A stretch of 64,000 bases of DNA from Podarcis gaigeae (taxonomy: Eukaryota): assembly GCA_964106915.2 (NCBI GenBank), contig OZ066919.1; one strand, given 5' to 3'. Position 1 is the stretch's first letter; each line of letters opens with the position of its first letter. Both the position numbers and the translations under genes were made by a program. Positions 1-29,600 of the stretch are shown piece after piece. Under the pieces are notes generated by a model. The model ran no database searches. It saw only the letters and a list, made by a program, of their open reading frames with translations, and was not told the DNA's origin.

Positions 1-569
1 TAAAGTGGGTGTGCTGTATGTGGAGCAAGCATGGGACATGGGGAAAGGCATAAATAGGTTCCCGTATGCTGGAGGGTATGCAGGAACCCATTCTTGTCTT
101 TCCCAGAGTCCATTTTAAGTACAGATATGTAGGAAAACTGCACTGATACACAGGCTACACCAATACGCAGGACGATGTTGGTTTGTGGAGCGTCTCTCTA
201 CACTCACCCACCCCAAAAAGGGCAGACAGTGGCTATGCATAGAAAACAGAACTTGCTTGCCGCTTGCTTCCCATCAGGATAGACAAGGCTTAAGGCAGGA
301 TATTGGGGAGGGGGGGGAGGGCTTTGGAGCTCAAAGAATGTGTTCTCAGTCCACAATTCCCACAGTTTTTGGAAATTCTATTACAATGTTTTTAAAAGAA
401 AAGGAGTCTAGTATTCAAAATTGCAAAAATAAAGCAGCTGTGATTAAAAAAAAATGGCAGGAAAAGACTACAAAGATAATAAGAACCAAAATGATAATCT
501 GTTCAAGTTGACTCAAAAGCTAAAACAGTCCAAAACAGAATGAGATTAGAATGTGTAGAAAAAGAGAAA

Positions 570-578
570 GTGTGTGTG

Positions 579-613
<35 letters not shown>
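570..613. repeat. (GT)n(AG)n compound microsatellite
   Basis: gtgtgtgtgtgt followed by about 15 AG units. Confidence 0.95.
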
Positions 614-615
<2 letters not shown>

Positions 616-1398
616 AAGAGAGTTAAGAACATTTAAAAAAAATACAGTAATGTTTACAGGTGTGCTGTCAGAGGGACAATGAACACTGAAAAATATATTG
701 ACAGGCAAAACAGAAGGAAGCACTGCATAAATGCAGTCTTTTTATTTATTTATTTTTTTAAAAAAAAGAGGTGGAAGAATTCCTCAAGCAGTCAGCTGCG
801 CATAGAATTTTGGGGTTTCTTTTACAACTGAATAAAAAGGAACAAATGTTATGCCATTAATAACATTTTTGAAGAGAAAAACAGTGCTGTGCGGAGGGGT
901 GTGTTAATGAATGTTACTAAAATAGACTTAATAGAAATGTTTGTAATGATGTTGCGAAAAAGAACATGGGGGGGGGGGGAGGGAAATCAGAGACCCATGA
1001 AAGTGCCAAAAGCAGAAAAAAGGGAGGAGGTCCAAGAAGTAGACACATTATAAAAGAACAAAGGGAAAGCATGCTGCACAGATGTATGTTATTTGAGAAG
1101 GAAATGGGTCTTAGAAAACAATTGTGCATCATCTGTCTTTCAGGACATAGCTGGAGCGTACGACGTGCCTTTGTGCATTTGAAAGCACACCGAGTCCGAT
1201 CAAATGCTTCCATTTTGAATTAGGCAATCTGATGCACATGTATCAATAGTCCACTCCTAGGCATTCAAAACAGTGTGTATGGTGGGGGCCTTACATGTTA
1301 GCCCCCACTCCAACCTCCCTATCCCCATGTGGAAGCTTCAGATCTTTGGAAGCTGAGCATGAAGATCTAAGGGAATTCTACCAAGACTTTCTGAAGTA

Positions 1399-1631
1399 CA
1401 GTGGTATCTTGGTTCTCAAACTTAATCTGTTCCGGAAGTCCATTTGACTCCCAAAACCATTCGAAAACCAAGGCACGGCTTCTGATTGGCTACAGGAGCT
1501 TCCTGCACTCAAGCGGAAGCCGCGGAAGCCATGTCCAACGTTCAGCTTCTGAAAAACTTACTTCTGGGTTTGCAGTGATCAGGAGCCAATTTGTTCGACA
1601 ACTAAGCCATTTGGGAACCAAGGTACCATTG
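1399..1631. mobile_element. Tc1/mariner (Tigger/pogo-like) non-autonomous MITE, degenerate
   Basis: ta|CAGTGGTATCTTGGTTCTCAA...TTGGGAACCAAGGTACCATTG|ca: imperfect terminal inverted repeats, TA target on the left. Confidence 0.75.
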
Positions 1632-1868
1632 CATGTTTTAGCTAGTGAGCCCTTTCTTTCGTATTTGTTTTTAAAAGATTTATATTGCATTGAAAGAAAC
1701 ACAAAAATGCATTTATCAAAATTAAAATGTTTTGTTAGTAATTTTACATTTGTGGCAATAACTTATTACTTATGTACCTATCTTTCATATTTTATCACAA
1801 TCCCTCTTTCATATTTCAGGCACATTTTCATTTGTGCCTGCTGGAGTCAACACATTTATCGTGAAATG

Positions 1869-2074
1869 GGGTGGAATTCAGCTAAGCTGTTGCATGAGTA
1901 AAATGAGCACTTTCCTTCCCCTGCTCCCCTCAAAACCTGCTCTGGAAAATTGGGGAAACAGTCCAGATCAGGTTTAGAGGGCATGTGGACGGGAGCTAGA
2001 GGGAAGTCCCATTGTGCAAGCAGACCTTGTTCCACTTGTGAACAGCCTACTTCTCACTATGTTGAATTCCACCC
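1869..2074. mobile_element. MITE with 12-bp TIRs (possibly PIF/Harbinger-like)
   Basis: GGGTGGAATTCA (1869-1880) ... TGAATTCCACCC (2063-2074), flanked by ATG on both sides. Confidence 0.6.
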
Positions 2075-2691
2075 ATGGACACTATTGTTTTTATATTCAA
2101 GGAACAGTGTAGAACAACATACCAAATTATTTCCTGAAGAATGCTTAGATACATCTAATGAAGAAGTCTACAATGCTTTTAAAAACTGGGGTGGTGGTGT
2201 TTTTTTAGCCTGAAAGCCACATTCCCTCCAGGGGGTTGTTCCAGGAGTCACAAGGCAGAGGCAAAGTGGGCAAAGCAACAAATGTAAGTTTTCCCTTTGC
2301 ACAATGAGCTAGTTTCTACACACCTCCACCCAGGCAAGCAAGAAGCATTATCAGAGCTCATGACACATTCCAGCCAGACAAAAAGAAGGGTGTGAAGCAG
2401 ATACAGTCCCAGGGGACAGATAAGGCCACATTTGGTCCCTGGATCTGAGTTCTCCACCCCTGACCTAAATATATAAGTTGCCCATGCAAGTGAATAGCAA
2501 ATGCAGCAAGGAGGACATTAAAACCCAAGTCAATAACTGCTATTTAGTTTTGCTATTTAGATGGAAGAGACAAATGAAATTGGTTAGGGAAAGGCAGATG
2601 AGATGGTGAGTCTGGGGAGCCTCTTGTAAAACTATGCTGGTGACCATCTTTTGGGAGCAAATGTCACAGTTTATACTCTGGGGTATATTCA

Positions 2692-4805
<2,114 letters not shown>

Positions 4806-6136
4806 CCCGCCCGCGCTGCTGCGATCGCCCTACTCCCGAGACCTGGCGGGGAGAACAACACGCCTCTTCCTCCCCACTTCCGGGTTCCTTCCCCAGCTTC
4901 CCCGATTGGTGGCCTGTGGGATCCACCCACGGCTCCCGCTGGGCGTGGCCGGGGCAGGACCGGCATTACCGTAATGTGCGCTGTAGCACGTCTCCCCGAA
5001 AAGTTAAGAAGGGCCGCCGCTTGTCTGGGGCGGTGGAGAGAGGGCAGAACCAGCACCGCGGAGCAGGGCTCGTAGACGCCCAAGTGGTGGGGCAGCAAAA
5101 ACCCCTCTGGTCTATTTTGAGCATAGACATCCAACAAGTAACTGGCATTAGAATTCCTAATTAAATTAAATACAGTACAGAGAGAATTGCAACAACCCAT
5201 ATAGTTAATGGGCGCTAGGCAAGTGTACCAAACCCTTGGGTCAAGGCAGCTATTGTACATGCAGAAATGAATTAAAAAACAGAAATATGCATTCAGTTTC
5301 CCCACAACTCCACTGCCCTCATGTAGCCCCCGTATTCACAGCCAAGGGGAATGATTAGGAAGCTGGGTTAGTACATCTGCTACTAGTTCTACATCCATAA
5401 AATATGTGGTATTTTCCTGTCCTAACCGATAAATGCCACTCCCTGTGCTTGGCTGATAAAAACTTTGGACCATCTCCTCCTCCGATACATTGTGCTCTTT
5501 GCTTGGTGATAAAAATTACCCTAACCACAGCACCACATGGGACCAATAGATAAAAATGTGGGAAGGTGTTGCCAAAGGCTGCTTTGTCTGTGCCTGATTT
5601 CTCATATTACTGGAGAATCCACAGCTCAGTCATGATATATATACACCAACAGCAAACACAATTCTCAGAGATCCAGTCCTTATGTAACCAAAGGTGCAAC
5701 ATACGTATATGTGCAAGAAAGAAGTATTAGCAGGCTCGGGGAGACCTGGCAGAAGTACAAGCAAAAACCTCCACAGCAAAACTTGTCATCAGGCCAAGCA
5801 GAAGTTTCCAGAAGCCACTTGGCTTCTTAATCCCATGCGGTTTGTGCATTTGTGTTCACAGATCCTTGTACTGTAGTGTTGCTTAACAATGTTCATCAAC
5901 ACTGGTAAGTCTAAGAAGCAATATGACTCCAGATCATCATACAACATTAATGATGAAGGAGACAGACAAGACAGATGTGAGAAACAGAGTTAGGTCCTTC
6001 TGGGAGAGAAGATACAGAGATGAAAGTGTTAAGATTGTACCAAGCAGATTTACCACTAGATAATTGGGCACCTCCAAAGAACAGTGACATCTAAAGAGCA
6101 CAACTCAGCAACAGAGAACATGTTAAAATGCGTTAG

Positions 6137-6253
6137 AGAACCTGGTGGTCTCCAAACTCACATCAGCCAAGGCTAGTATAGCTAATGATCAGGGATGATG
6201 GGAGTTGTGATCCAGGCCAGCAAGTTGGAGCAGGCCGCAGGTCCCCTATCCCT
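6137..6253. mobile_element. Degenerate hAT-type MITE between the UROD and HECTD3 promoters
   Basis: cagggatgatgggagttgt...caggtcccctatccct resembles the 13007-13142 family. Confidence 0.5.
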
Positions 6254-6782
6254 AGTTTAAGGCCACTCTTTATATTACTACTAGTGTCAGTTCCCTGGCA
6301 CCTGATCAGAGATCCTTCCGCCTGCCCTGTGTTTGTTTTGGAAACGCGAACTTTTATGATATGCCTCATCACCGGCCATTCACATGAGCCCAAGAACTGA
6401 AGTGAAACGCAGTCAGAGATCTTGTGCGTCGACCTTCCTTGGCCACTTTCACCTTAGGCCTAAACCTCCCTCGCTGTCCGGCGCTTGCCGCCGACCCATT
6501 CCCATTGCGCGGTTCCCCTGGCTTCTTGCATGCTAGGCTTGCTCATTCACCCGTCCGCCGATAGAGGCTGCTTTACGGTACACCCGGCAGAACCGAGGAG
6601 GAAGGAGGGCGAGAGTAGCAGGAAGCAGCCGCAGGCGCCCCCCTCCCGGTCGCTGCGCTGGGGAAAGACTCGCCGGCTACCAGAATCGGGACGGGAGGGA
6701 AGGGGCAACCGGCGGAGCTGCTCCTGCGGCGGCGGCTGCTCCCTCTGGGCCAACCCCGCCTCGGCGGCTGCAGGCGGCCAGG

Positions 6783-22182
<15,400 letters not shown>

Positions 22183-22284
22183 GTCTATTTTGAGGTCTTG
22201 TTAACCATTTCTTCTGTGTTACATAGTTCCTACATGCAATAATCTCTTACTATCAAGATCCAGAAAGCATGTATGTGTATATAA

Positions 22285-22337
22285 AATAAATTACCAAGTG
22301 TGAGGCTTGCAGTTTATTGATAAGCAGATACAATAAA
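22285..22337 (+). terminator. Candidate HECTD3 polyadenylation signals
   Basis: AATAAA at 22285-22290 and 22332-22337, about 100-150 nt after the stop codon. Actual usage is unknown. Confidence 0.4.
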
Positions 22338-23416
22338 ACGGACAGCCTGCCCCCTTGGATTTTAGTGAGCCCAAAACAAAAAATGGCAATGGTGAAAAAC
22401 TCTTCATTTCTGACACAAGTTGCCAGCAAGTGGACAATGGCATGTAGGATTCCAGAATTCAATAATTCTGGTTTCTTTCTCAGGAAAGATATCAAACAAG
22501 AAATGCAGACAGTTGCAAAATATATTTGTTGTTAGTTAACATTTTAGAATATTCTTAATTCTCTTCTGAAACCTGTACCTCTCCTTAGGCTGCAATTCCA
22601 AACCCACTTACTTGGGAGCAAATCCCATGGACCTGAGGTGATGTTTATAAGATTCCTCTGTCAATCTTTCTAGCCGAAGATAAACATGAGGGCCACAGCT
22701 TCTAGAGGAGTATTGGGTTTTTTTGCAGTGAAAACAAGACTCTTACAGCACCTTAATGACTGCATAAGCTGTCATGGACTACTATACACTGCATCAGATG
22801 TGTGTAGTGTTATCATGAGCTATAGGTTTAGATGCACATTGTTTGGGGAGGAGGGTTGTAATAAGGAAAGGAAATGCAACCAAGTACAGTGATAATTATG
22901 TACTTAATACAGTACCAGTAATTTGAAAAACAGTTCTTGATGACATAGACATCCTGGTATTGATAAGCCAATTAGCACACATAATGTACTAAAAATCTAT
23001 TCAATCGGGGTGTGTGGGGGTGGGATATATTCAATCCACAAGCAATATCACCACAAATTCTTAGTACTAAATAACACTGTCCCCTCATTACACACCAACA
23101 TTGTTAATGACTTCATCCTCAGGTTACAGTTCAGGATCCTCCTCTTTGTAGTGATTTCCATGCCTGCTTCTGTGCAGAACTACAGTTCAAAGTTTTCAAT
23201 ACTTCCCTCCACCCACTTTTCTTCTTCCAAGTCTTCCTGTTTTTGTCTCAGCAGCTGCAGTGGTCAGCTCTGGCCACCAGTGGGCATTATGGCACCATAA
23301 TTAAAAGGAGTGGTCTGACCATTTTAATTCTAAGATTGTTTTGTTCAAATTGTTCAGGTACCCTTCTTACCTGTCCAAAGCATATCGGTATGGCACAATG
23401 GAGCCCAATATAATCC

Positions 23417-23578
23417 CATGGCCTGGCGTAGCCAGGATTTTTGGGGGGCGGGGCGGGGCAGAACTTTGTTGGGGGGGGGGCAGAACTGATGTGATTGATC
23501 ACTTAGTTAAGTATTTCTATTGTTTTACCTGATGGGGGGGCAGCTGCCCCACCTTGCCCCCACTTGGCTACACCCATG
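23417..23578. mobile_element. G-rich MITE (Harbinger-like)
   Basis: GGCGTAGCC...GGCTACACC inverted ends. A partial copy of the right end lies at ~13405-13442. Confidence 0.55.
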
Positions 23579-24099
23579 AGATAATATAATAACATAAGAT
23601 GATGTGGAGGTTTAGGAAAAGTCAGCCCCTCCTCTGCTTTGCTGACTGTGAGGGGCCACACTCCTGCTTCTATTTGATATTAGGCTTTCTCTGATACCAC
23701 CTTCATTAAAGCCTTTCACCAAAGCTGTCCCGTGTTGGCTGAGGGAAATAGAACTGTGCTTGGCTAGCTGTTAGAGACAGTTTGCTAAGATAGGCCGAAT
23801 TCTGACATTCTGAAAAGAATTTGAGGGGTGGGGTGGGAATACAGAACCGGGAATATATGTTTTTTCTGGGGGACTGGGAAACACTTTTTGAAGATAAGTT
23901 TTCCGAAACAGCAGGGTCTGCCTGCTCCCAATGCTAAATGGAGACTGTGGCCCTCAAAAGCCACGAGCTTCACTTTACTCAAATAGCAGCAGTTACTAGT
24001 ATTTATTTCCCAGTAACAGCAAAGGTCTGCGTTTAATAGAAGAGGGTAGACGGAACACTCTGGCAAAATGGCTCCATTCATGGGTCGAGGATGTACTGT

Positions 24100-25400
24100 C
24101 TGTATGTTGGCTGCCTGGGTGGGCCTCGGAGCTGAAGGCTATTGTAGCCGCATAATGGGCTTGATTGGTAATTGGGGAGGTGAATTTGGCGTGGGGGGAA
24201 GGGACGGTGTCATCTCTGCAGCTGGGCTTTTTGTCATGCAAAGCGGGGCAGGAAGGGAAGCTTAAATCCCGCGACTTCACAGCACCTCGGAGCTGCTCTT
24301 CAATGCTCCTCTCCTCCACCCCACCCGCTTTCTCTTATCTCGGCCGGCGTGGTTCTTGCAACCCTCCCAGCCGTTTCCGCCCCTTCCCGGGTTTCCCCAC
24401 ATAAGAGTCATGAGAGCCTTAGGGAATCTGGGGAGGCGGCGAGCGGGACCGTGTGCAGTTTTTGCTGCGGGGTTAAGCTCAGTAAATTAGGCGAACACCA
24501 CCGCCTGCCCTGGCGATGGCAGCTTCCCTCCCCCGTCTTAGGCCTGCGCACAGCCACTTGCGAAGCTGACAGGGAGGAAGAGGGGCTGCTGGAGGTGCCG
24601 GCGGGCCCCCTAGGGAGAGCGACAAGAAACGGGGATTAGCCGGGGATGCCGGGGCTCCCCTGCTGGGCGAGGACGTGTAACTCCCCGACACCCTGCGGCG
24701 GGGGATTAATTACAGACCACACAGCAGGCCAATGAGGGGCACCGAGAGCGCCGCCGCGGGACGGGCTCCAGAGCGCGCCTGCTGGAGAGTCGCGCAGAAG
24801 GGGAACAGTCTTTTCTGCCCTCCCGACATCGCCATGATGCGTGAGGGAGGAGCTGCAGGTGGCTCAACATTTCGCGCCCGTCCCGGGTGGGGATGAGGCC
24901 CCAGGCCACGCGCGTCGAGTAGCAGGACGAGCGCGCGACTCGCAGGTGCAAAGGAGAGCAAGGGCTCCCGCACCTTCTTTAATAAGTCGTGCAAAAAAGG
25001 GAATTTCAGCCGTTTGCATCGCCAGCTGCTGCACCAGCTGAAATTCTCAGCTCAGCTGTGAAAGGTGTGGCGGATCCCTGCTCTCCGTTGCACGTGGCTC
25101 GCTCTCTACCCCGTGGTTCGGCAGGGAGCGGTTACTTGACTGAACCTAACCCGCAGGTGAGGACAACCTGCTACCTTTTAAGGTAGCCATAAGGATTGTA
25201 CATCCCATATAAGCAAGCACGTGACCTCACTATGCGGTGCGGGGGGTGAGAGGCGCTGAGGCGCGAGCGGCCTCATAGCTGGAAGCAGCAGAGCGGGAAG
25301 CCGCGGCTGAGGAAGCAAGGTTGAGTTCGTGGGTTGGTTAATGGGTCACTCTCGGGGTCTCTTGGGCAGGTTTTCACACAAAAGCTGCTTGAGAATAAGC
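24100..25400. promoter_or_regulatory. CpG island / promoter-like region with no assigned gene
   Basis: Dense CpGs over ~1.3 kb. CCAAT at 24729-24733; E-boxes CACGTG at 25091-25096 and 25218-25223. Confidence 0.65.
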
Positions 25401-26289
25401 GCGAGCCGACTTCTTGTGACTGATAGCATTCCCAGCAGGGGGCACTGTAGTCTAGCCCATGTGTGAAAGGCCCGAGATTTCTTTCAGCCAAGCCAAGGGC
25501 GCTTCCAGACGGATGTTTATTGTGGAATCGCTGCTGTCCCAGTATGATTCCCCCCGCCCCACCGTCTCCAAAACTGCCATCGAGATGACAGCCCGCACTT
25601 TCCCCACATTTAATGTGGCTTTTGCCATGCAGCTTAAAATCTGTTAAGGAAAAAAATGTAACTCTATTAGAGTTTTGGTACAGTGAAATACTGGTGTTGT
25701 GCAAAAACTTGGCATTAAGTAACAAACAAACAAAACACCAAATAGAAATAGATGCTGTCCAGCCTCCCCACTCAAAAGCAGCACCCTCCATATTGCCAGT
25801 TTTGAAGCATGATAGCCAAGGGCTGGTAACATCTGTTCTTTCACTCTTTAAAATTTCCAGTGATTTCTTTTGGAAAAGGTGCATGCATCTAGGTACAGAA
25901 ATACTTGTATGTGAACCCAAAATGGAGAACAGTAGTGGAGGGTGACTGCAGTAACTGAGGAGAGGGCCCAGAAACTCAGCATGGAAGCTTTCCATCAACG
26001 ACCACCGCCTGCTGGTGTGATATGAAAAACGTAAGACTGAAAAAACTGAGTGCCAATTGCACATTCAGAAAAAATAGATCTGAACAGCCTGATAGTGACA
26101 TAAATTTCTTGTACTGAAGCACCACAAGACTGCCTGTGAGGCAGTTGAAAGACGTTTCTTTCTTTTGCCCCACAAGTCCTGTGTGCTTTCATTCTGTGTT
26201 TTCTGTGTAGATTCAGCTTTCTTCAGGGCTTTAGAAGACTATTTTTGCTTTGCAGCCTAAGAGTGCTGTGTAAGGGTTTTTCTTCTCAT

Positions 26290-26630
26290 ATGAACTGACC
26301 CAGACCCTGCAGTCATCATCTGAGACCCTTCTTCATGTGCTTCCTGCATGAGAGATCTGGAGGGTGGCAACATGCAAATGCGAGTTTTCTGTGGTGGCTC
26401 CCTGCTTGTGGAATGCTCTTCCCAGGGAGGCTCACCTGGCGCCTTCCTTACATATCTTTAGGTGCTAGGCTAAAACATTCCTCTTCTCACGGGCTAATTA
26501 AACAATCTATGGCTTTTTAAATGGGGGCGGCTATTGTTTATGTTTGTCACTGTTGTGCGTTTTTGTGCTTTTATATTATAAGCCACCTGTGATTGTCAAA
26601 TGAAGGGCAGTATGGAAATTTAATAAATAA
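26290..26630 (+). mobile_element. L2-type LINE 3' end, degenerate
   Basis: ttttctgtggtggctccctgcttgtggaatgctcttccc (FSVVAPxLWNALP) and a tail ending aataaataa. Confidence 0.65.
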
Positions 26631-29600
26631 GCACATTAATTACCATCTCTAACCACTGGCACTGATTTAGTAGGGCAGCTATGCAGGAATGAGCCAGCGG
26701 CTTTAAACTCAGGCCTAGACAAACTGGAAGTAGACCATCACTAATAGCTATTGTCTTTTGACTAGCGTAGCTTGATCCTTCAAGGCCTTCTCTGTTGGTC
26801 TTTGGGTTAAATGTGCTTGCAAGAGGGCCAAGTGCCCACACACTAGAGTCTGTTCTCTAAACTTTTAACAGCACAACTAACCTGTTCAGGGCCAACATGA
26901 TATCTCAACTAATCAGCTTTAAGGCATGGATTGGACCTCTAATATGTACTATCAAGTGCACTATTCTGGCTTCTTTCAGAAAGGAAAAGAAAAGAAGCAG
27001 AGATGGAACTCCTGAAGTCTGTCTATCTAAGAGTAACAGAAGCCCAATTCACATTTTAGCCACTGAACATGGAGTACAAAATACATAGTGCAGCATTGGT
27101 CAGTGATGCACCTGTATATAAGTGGCAAAAATATGTAACATTGCCTCAGTATATATTTTTATTAAGAAAAGCAACTTTGAGAGGTTGCTGTTTCGCATGA
27201 GGGAGCTGGAGGCAAAGGAAGCTTCAGACATTTCTTGCTTACTGTCCTATTCTAAATTTACCCCGAGCGTTATAAACATACCCTTGTAATAAAAATGAGA
27301 AAAGGCAGTGGAGTGATTTTATCATGAGAAAACAGCAGGTGAGAAAAGGGTAAAGCACTCATTCCTTTCCCCACTATTTTTCCACTGAAAATTGAGCTTT
27401 CTAAAGCCATCTTTGTTAACAGAAAAGGGTCTAATGTGTTGCTGTAGAGTTCATCAACATGCTGCATGCCACAGGAACACATGCACCACCCACAAAGCCC
27501 TTCCCTGGCACCCTTCCTCTGTTTCCTCCTCCCACTGTGATGCTTGAAGAATTGTAGCCAATAGAAGTGTGTGGGCTTGGTTGTGGCATGTGCATGCTGC
27601 CCATGAGAGGTTGTCCTGTTTGTAAATGTGCCAATGGGCCGCATTTTATTTGTCCCTATTTGTCCCTATTTGTGCCTTTTTCCTGCCCCCCTGAAATATA
27701 CATGGAAGTGGCTGTCAGGAAAGGAATAGGCTGTACACTGTTCATAATTAATGCACTGCCCGGGTACTCACGAATGTATAGCCAAAAATGAGAAGTTAAA
27801 GAGAAAATTAACCTACATAGAGATGGTGCCAAAGAAGAGATAAGATAAACTCGGAAAGAGATGAGGGAAGAAGTTCAAGAAGACTGCAGATGGTGGTAAT
27901 TATGAGTCACTTAATGAGGAGCTCAAGACTAAGCCATAGGCTGCTACTTGTAAATTCTATCAGGTTCTTGCAACATGCAGAATTAATGGCTATAACATAG
28001 GGGGAGAACATGACAAGGAGCAGCTGCTATGTCAAGAAGTGTTTGAAAAAGAAGAAAAAGAAAAATCTTGTGGCAGTATCTCATAGAAGAGTTCCAAAAG
28101 TGAAAGTAGAAGTGCAATAGGCTTGAACAGGAAGCTTCTCCTCCCTGGGAAACGTGGTGACATCATGCTGAGAAGCATCTTGCAGGGGGAAAGAAGAGGC
28201 AGGTAGTGGGAGCAGGGTGTTTAACGCTCAGACACAAAGTCTGAGCTCTCCATTATTCCAGTTCATCATTCTTTCCCCTGGGAGTAACCACTGAATTTTG
28301 AACATTGGTACAAGCATCTGCCTGCCCCCCAGTGCTTTGGTTGCTCCCATAGACAATTTTTCTCTGCAAAGAAATGGCAAGATACAAAGCAATTGTGGGG
28401 ACACCTAATAGGGCCATCAAGTCTGATGGACTTTTGTGAAGAGGCTGCCCCTCACTGAGTCTACAATGCTGCCTGTGTGTGTGCAAGCTCTGGTCTCGGT
28501 TTGTTTTTCTTTATTCTGCTTGTTGCTCTGCTTGCGGAATCTGCTCAGCTGTGGTCCCTGTGGCTGCTGACAAGACAACCTCCTAGCCTGCCCGCCTGCC
28601 CCCCTTTGGCTGGGCTGCACCATGCCGGCTTCCTGAACACACTGGAAAAATAAACACTGCCAGGCAGCTGCAGTATAGCCATTGCTGAGATGGGGTTGGA
28701 GGCTCAAGAAATTGATCGTGCCAGGGAGGGCAATACGGGGCTGGGGGGTGTTGTTCCTGGGCCAGACTCCTTTCCATACTTCTGAACTTACAGTGTCTTA
28801 CTTCCAGCATAATAAGAGTTGAAAGCAGACACAGGGCCTCTTTCACAAGTTGATCTAATTGCATAGTCCCTCTCTGCACATTCCAGAGAAGCAAAGATAA
28901 TTTTTATCCCACTGGACAATTGCTTCCCACTTCATACACCTGTTTTCTGCTGCTTTGTGGAAACCTGTGCATATTTATAACATTAATTGAAGTTTATAAA
29001 GAATTGAAACTAAGTTGTCACCCCCAACAAAGTTCAAAAATCCAGCTCTTACATCAGAATCGTCTCCCTCTTCTGTAGAGATTTCACACTATTACAGGTT
29101 GTTACTGACAACCTAGCATAACAATCCTTTATATTACACACTATCTTTGGCCACATCAACTTCATCTGTTGGGGTCTCCTGCTGCCTTTGGCAGGCTGGT
29201 TGCAGAAGCTGATTTTCACAAATTGTACTTGACTACATTTTCTGCATCTGTAAATTGCACGAAAAATTACACTAAGTAGAAATGTACATTTGCTTTTAAG
29301 TGATCTCTCTTTAGCTTTATTCTGTCTCCTCAGTAATATTCCCGCATCATAAATTCAGATCGAAAGTAATTTAGTACCACCTGTGAAAATGTCCAGAGAC
29401 AACTCTCAAGTCAAGGCACACAGATCTTTTCTTCCTTTTTTAAAAATGAAGCACAGTATTTGCTGAAGACTGAAAAAGTAAACTTTGGATGGTTCTCTCT
29501 AGCTCCTGCACCAGCACTTTCTGTGCTCTATCAGGCCTTGAAAATACATTTTAAATTGTGTGAACAGGTTAATCAGAATAAAATATGCAAATTATATTAA

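Noticed and set aside
715-740. CAGUGC on the UROD sense strand as a possible iron-responsive element
   Set aside because: The flanks do not form the IRE stem with a bulged C, and it is intronic.
966-1223. + strand ORF / possible exon after tctttcag at 1144
   Set aside because: No recognisable protein in any phase and no partner exons found.
25273-26064. 263-aa ORF on the - strand, the longest in the ORF track
   Set aside because: Non-ATG start, no recognisable domain, and a Cys/Ser/Phe-rich composition typical of noncoding frames. Revisit only if the nearby CpG island proves to be transcribed.
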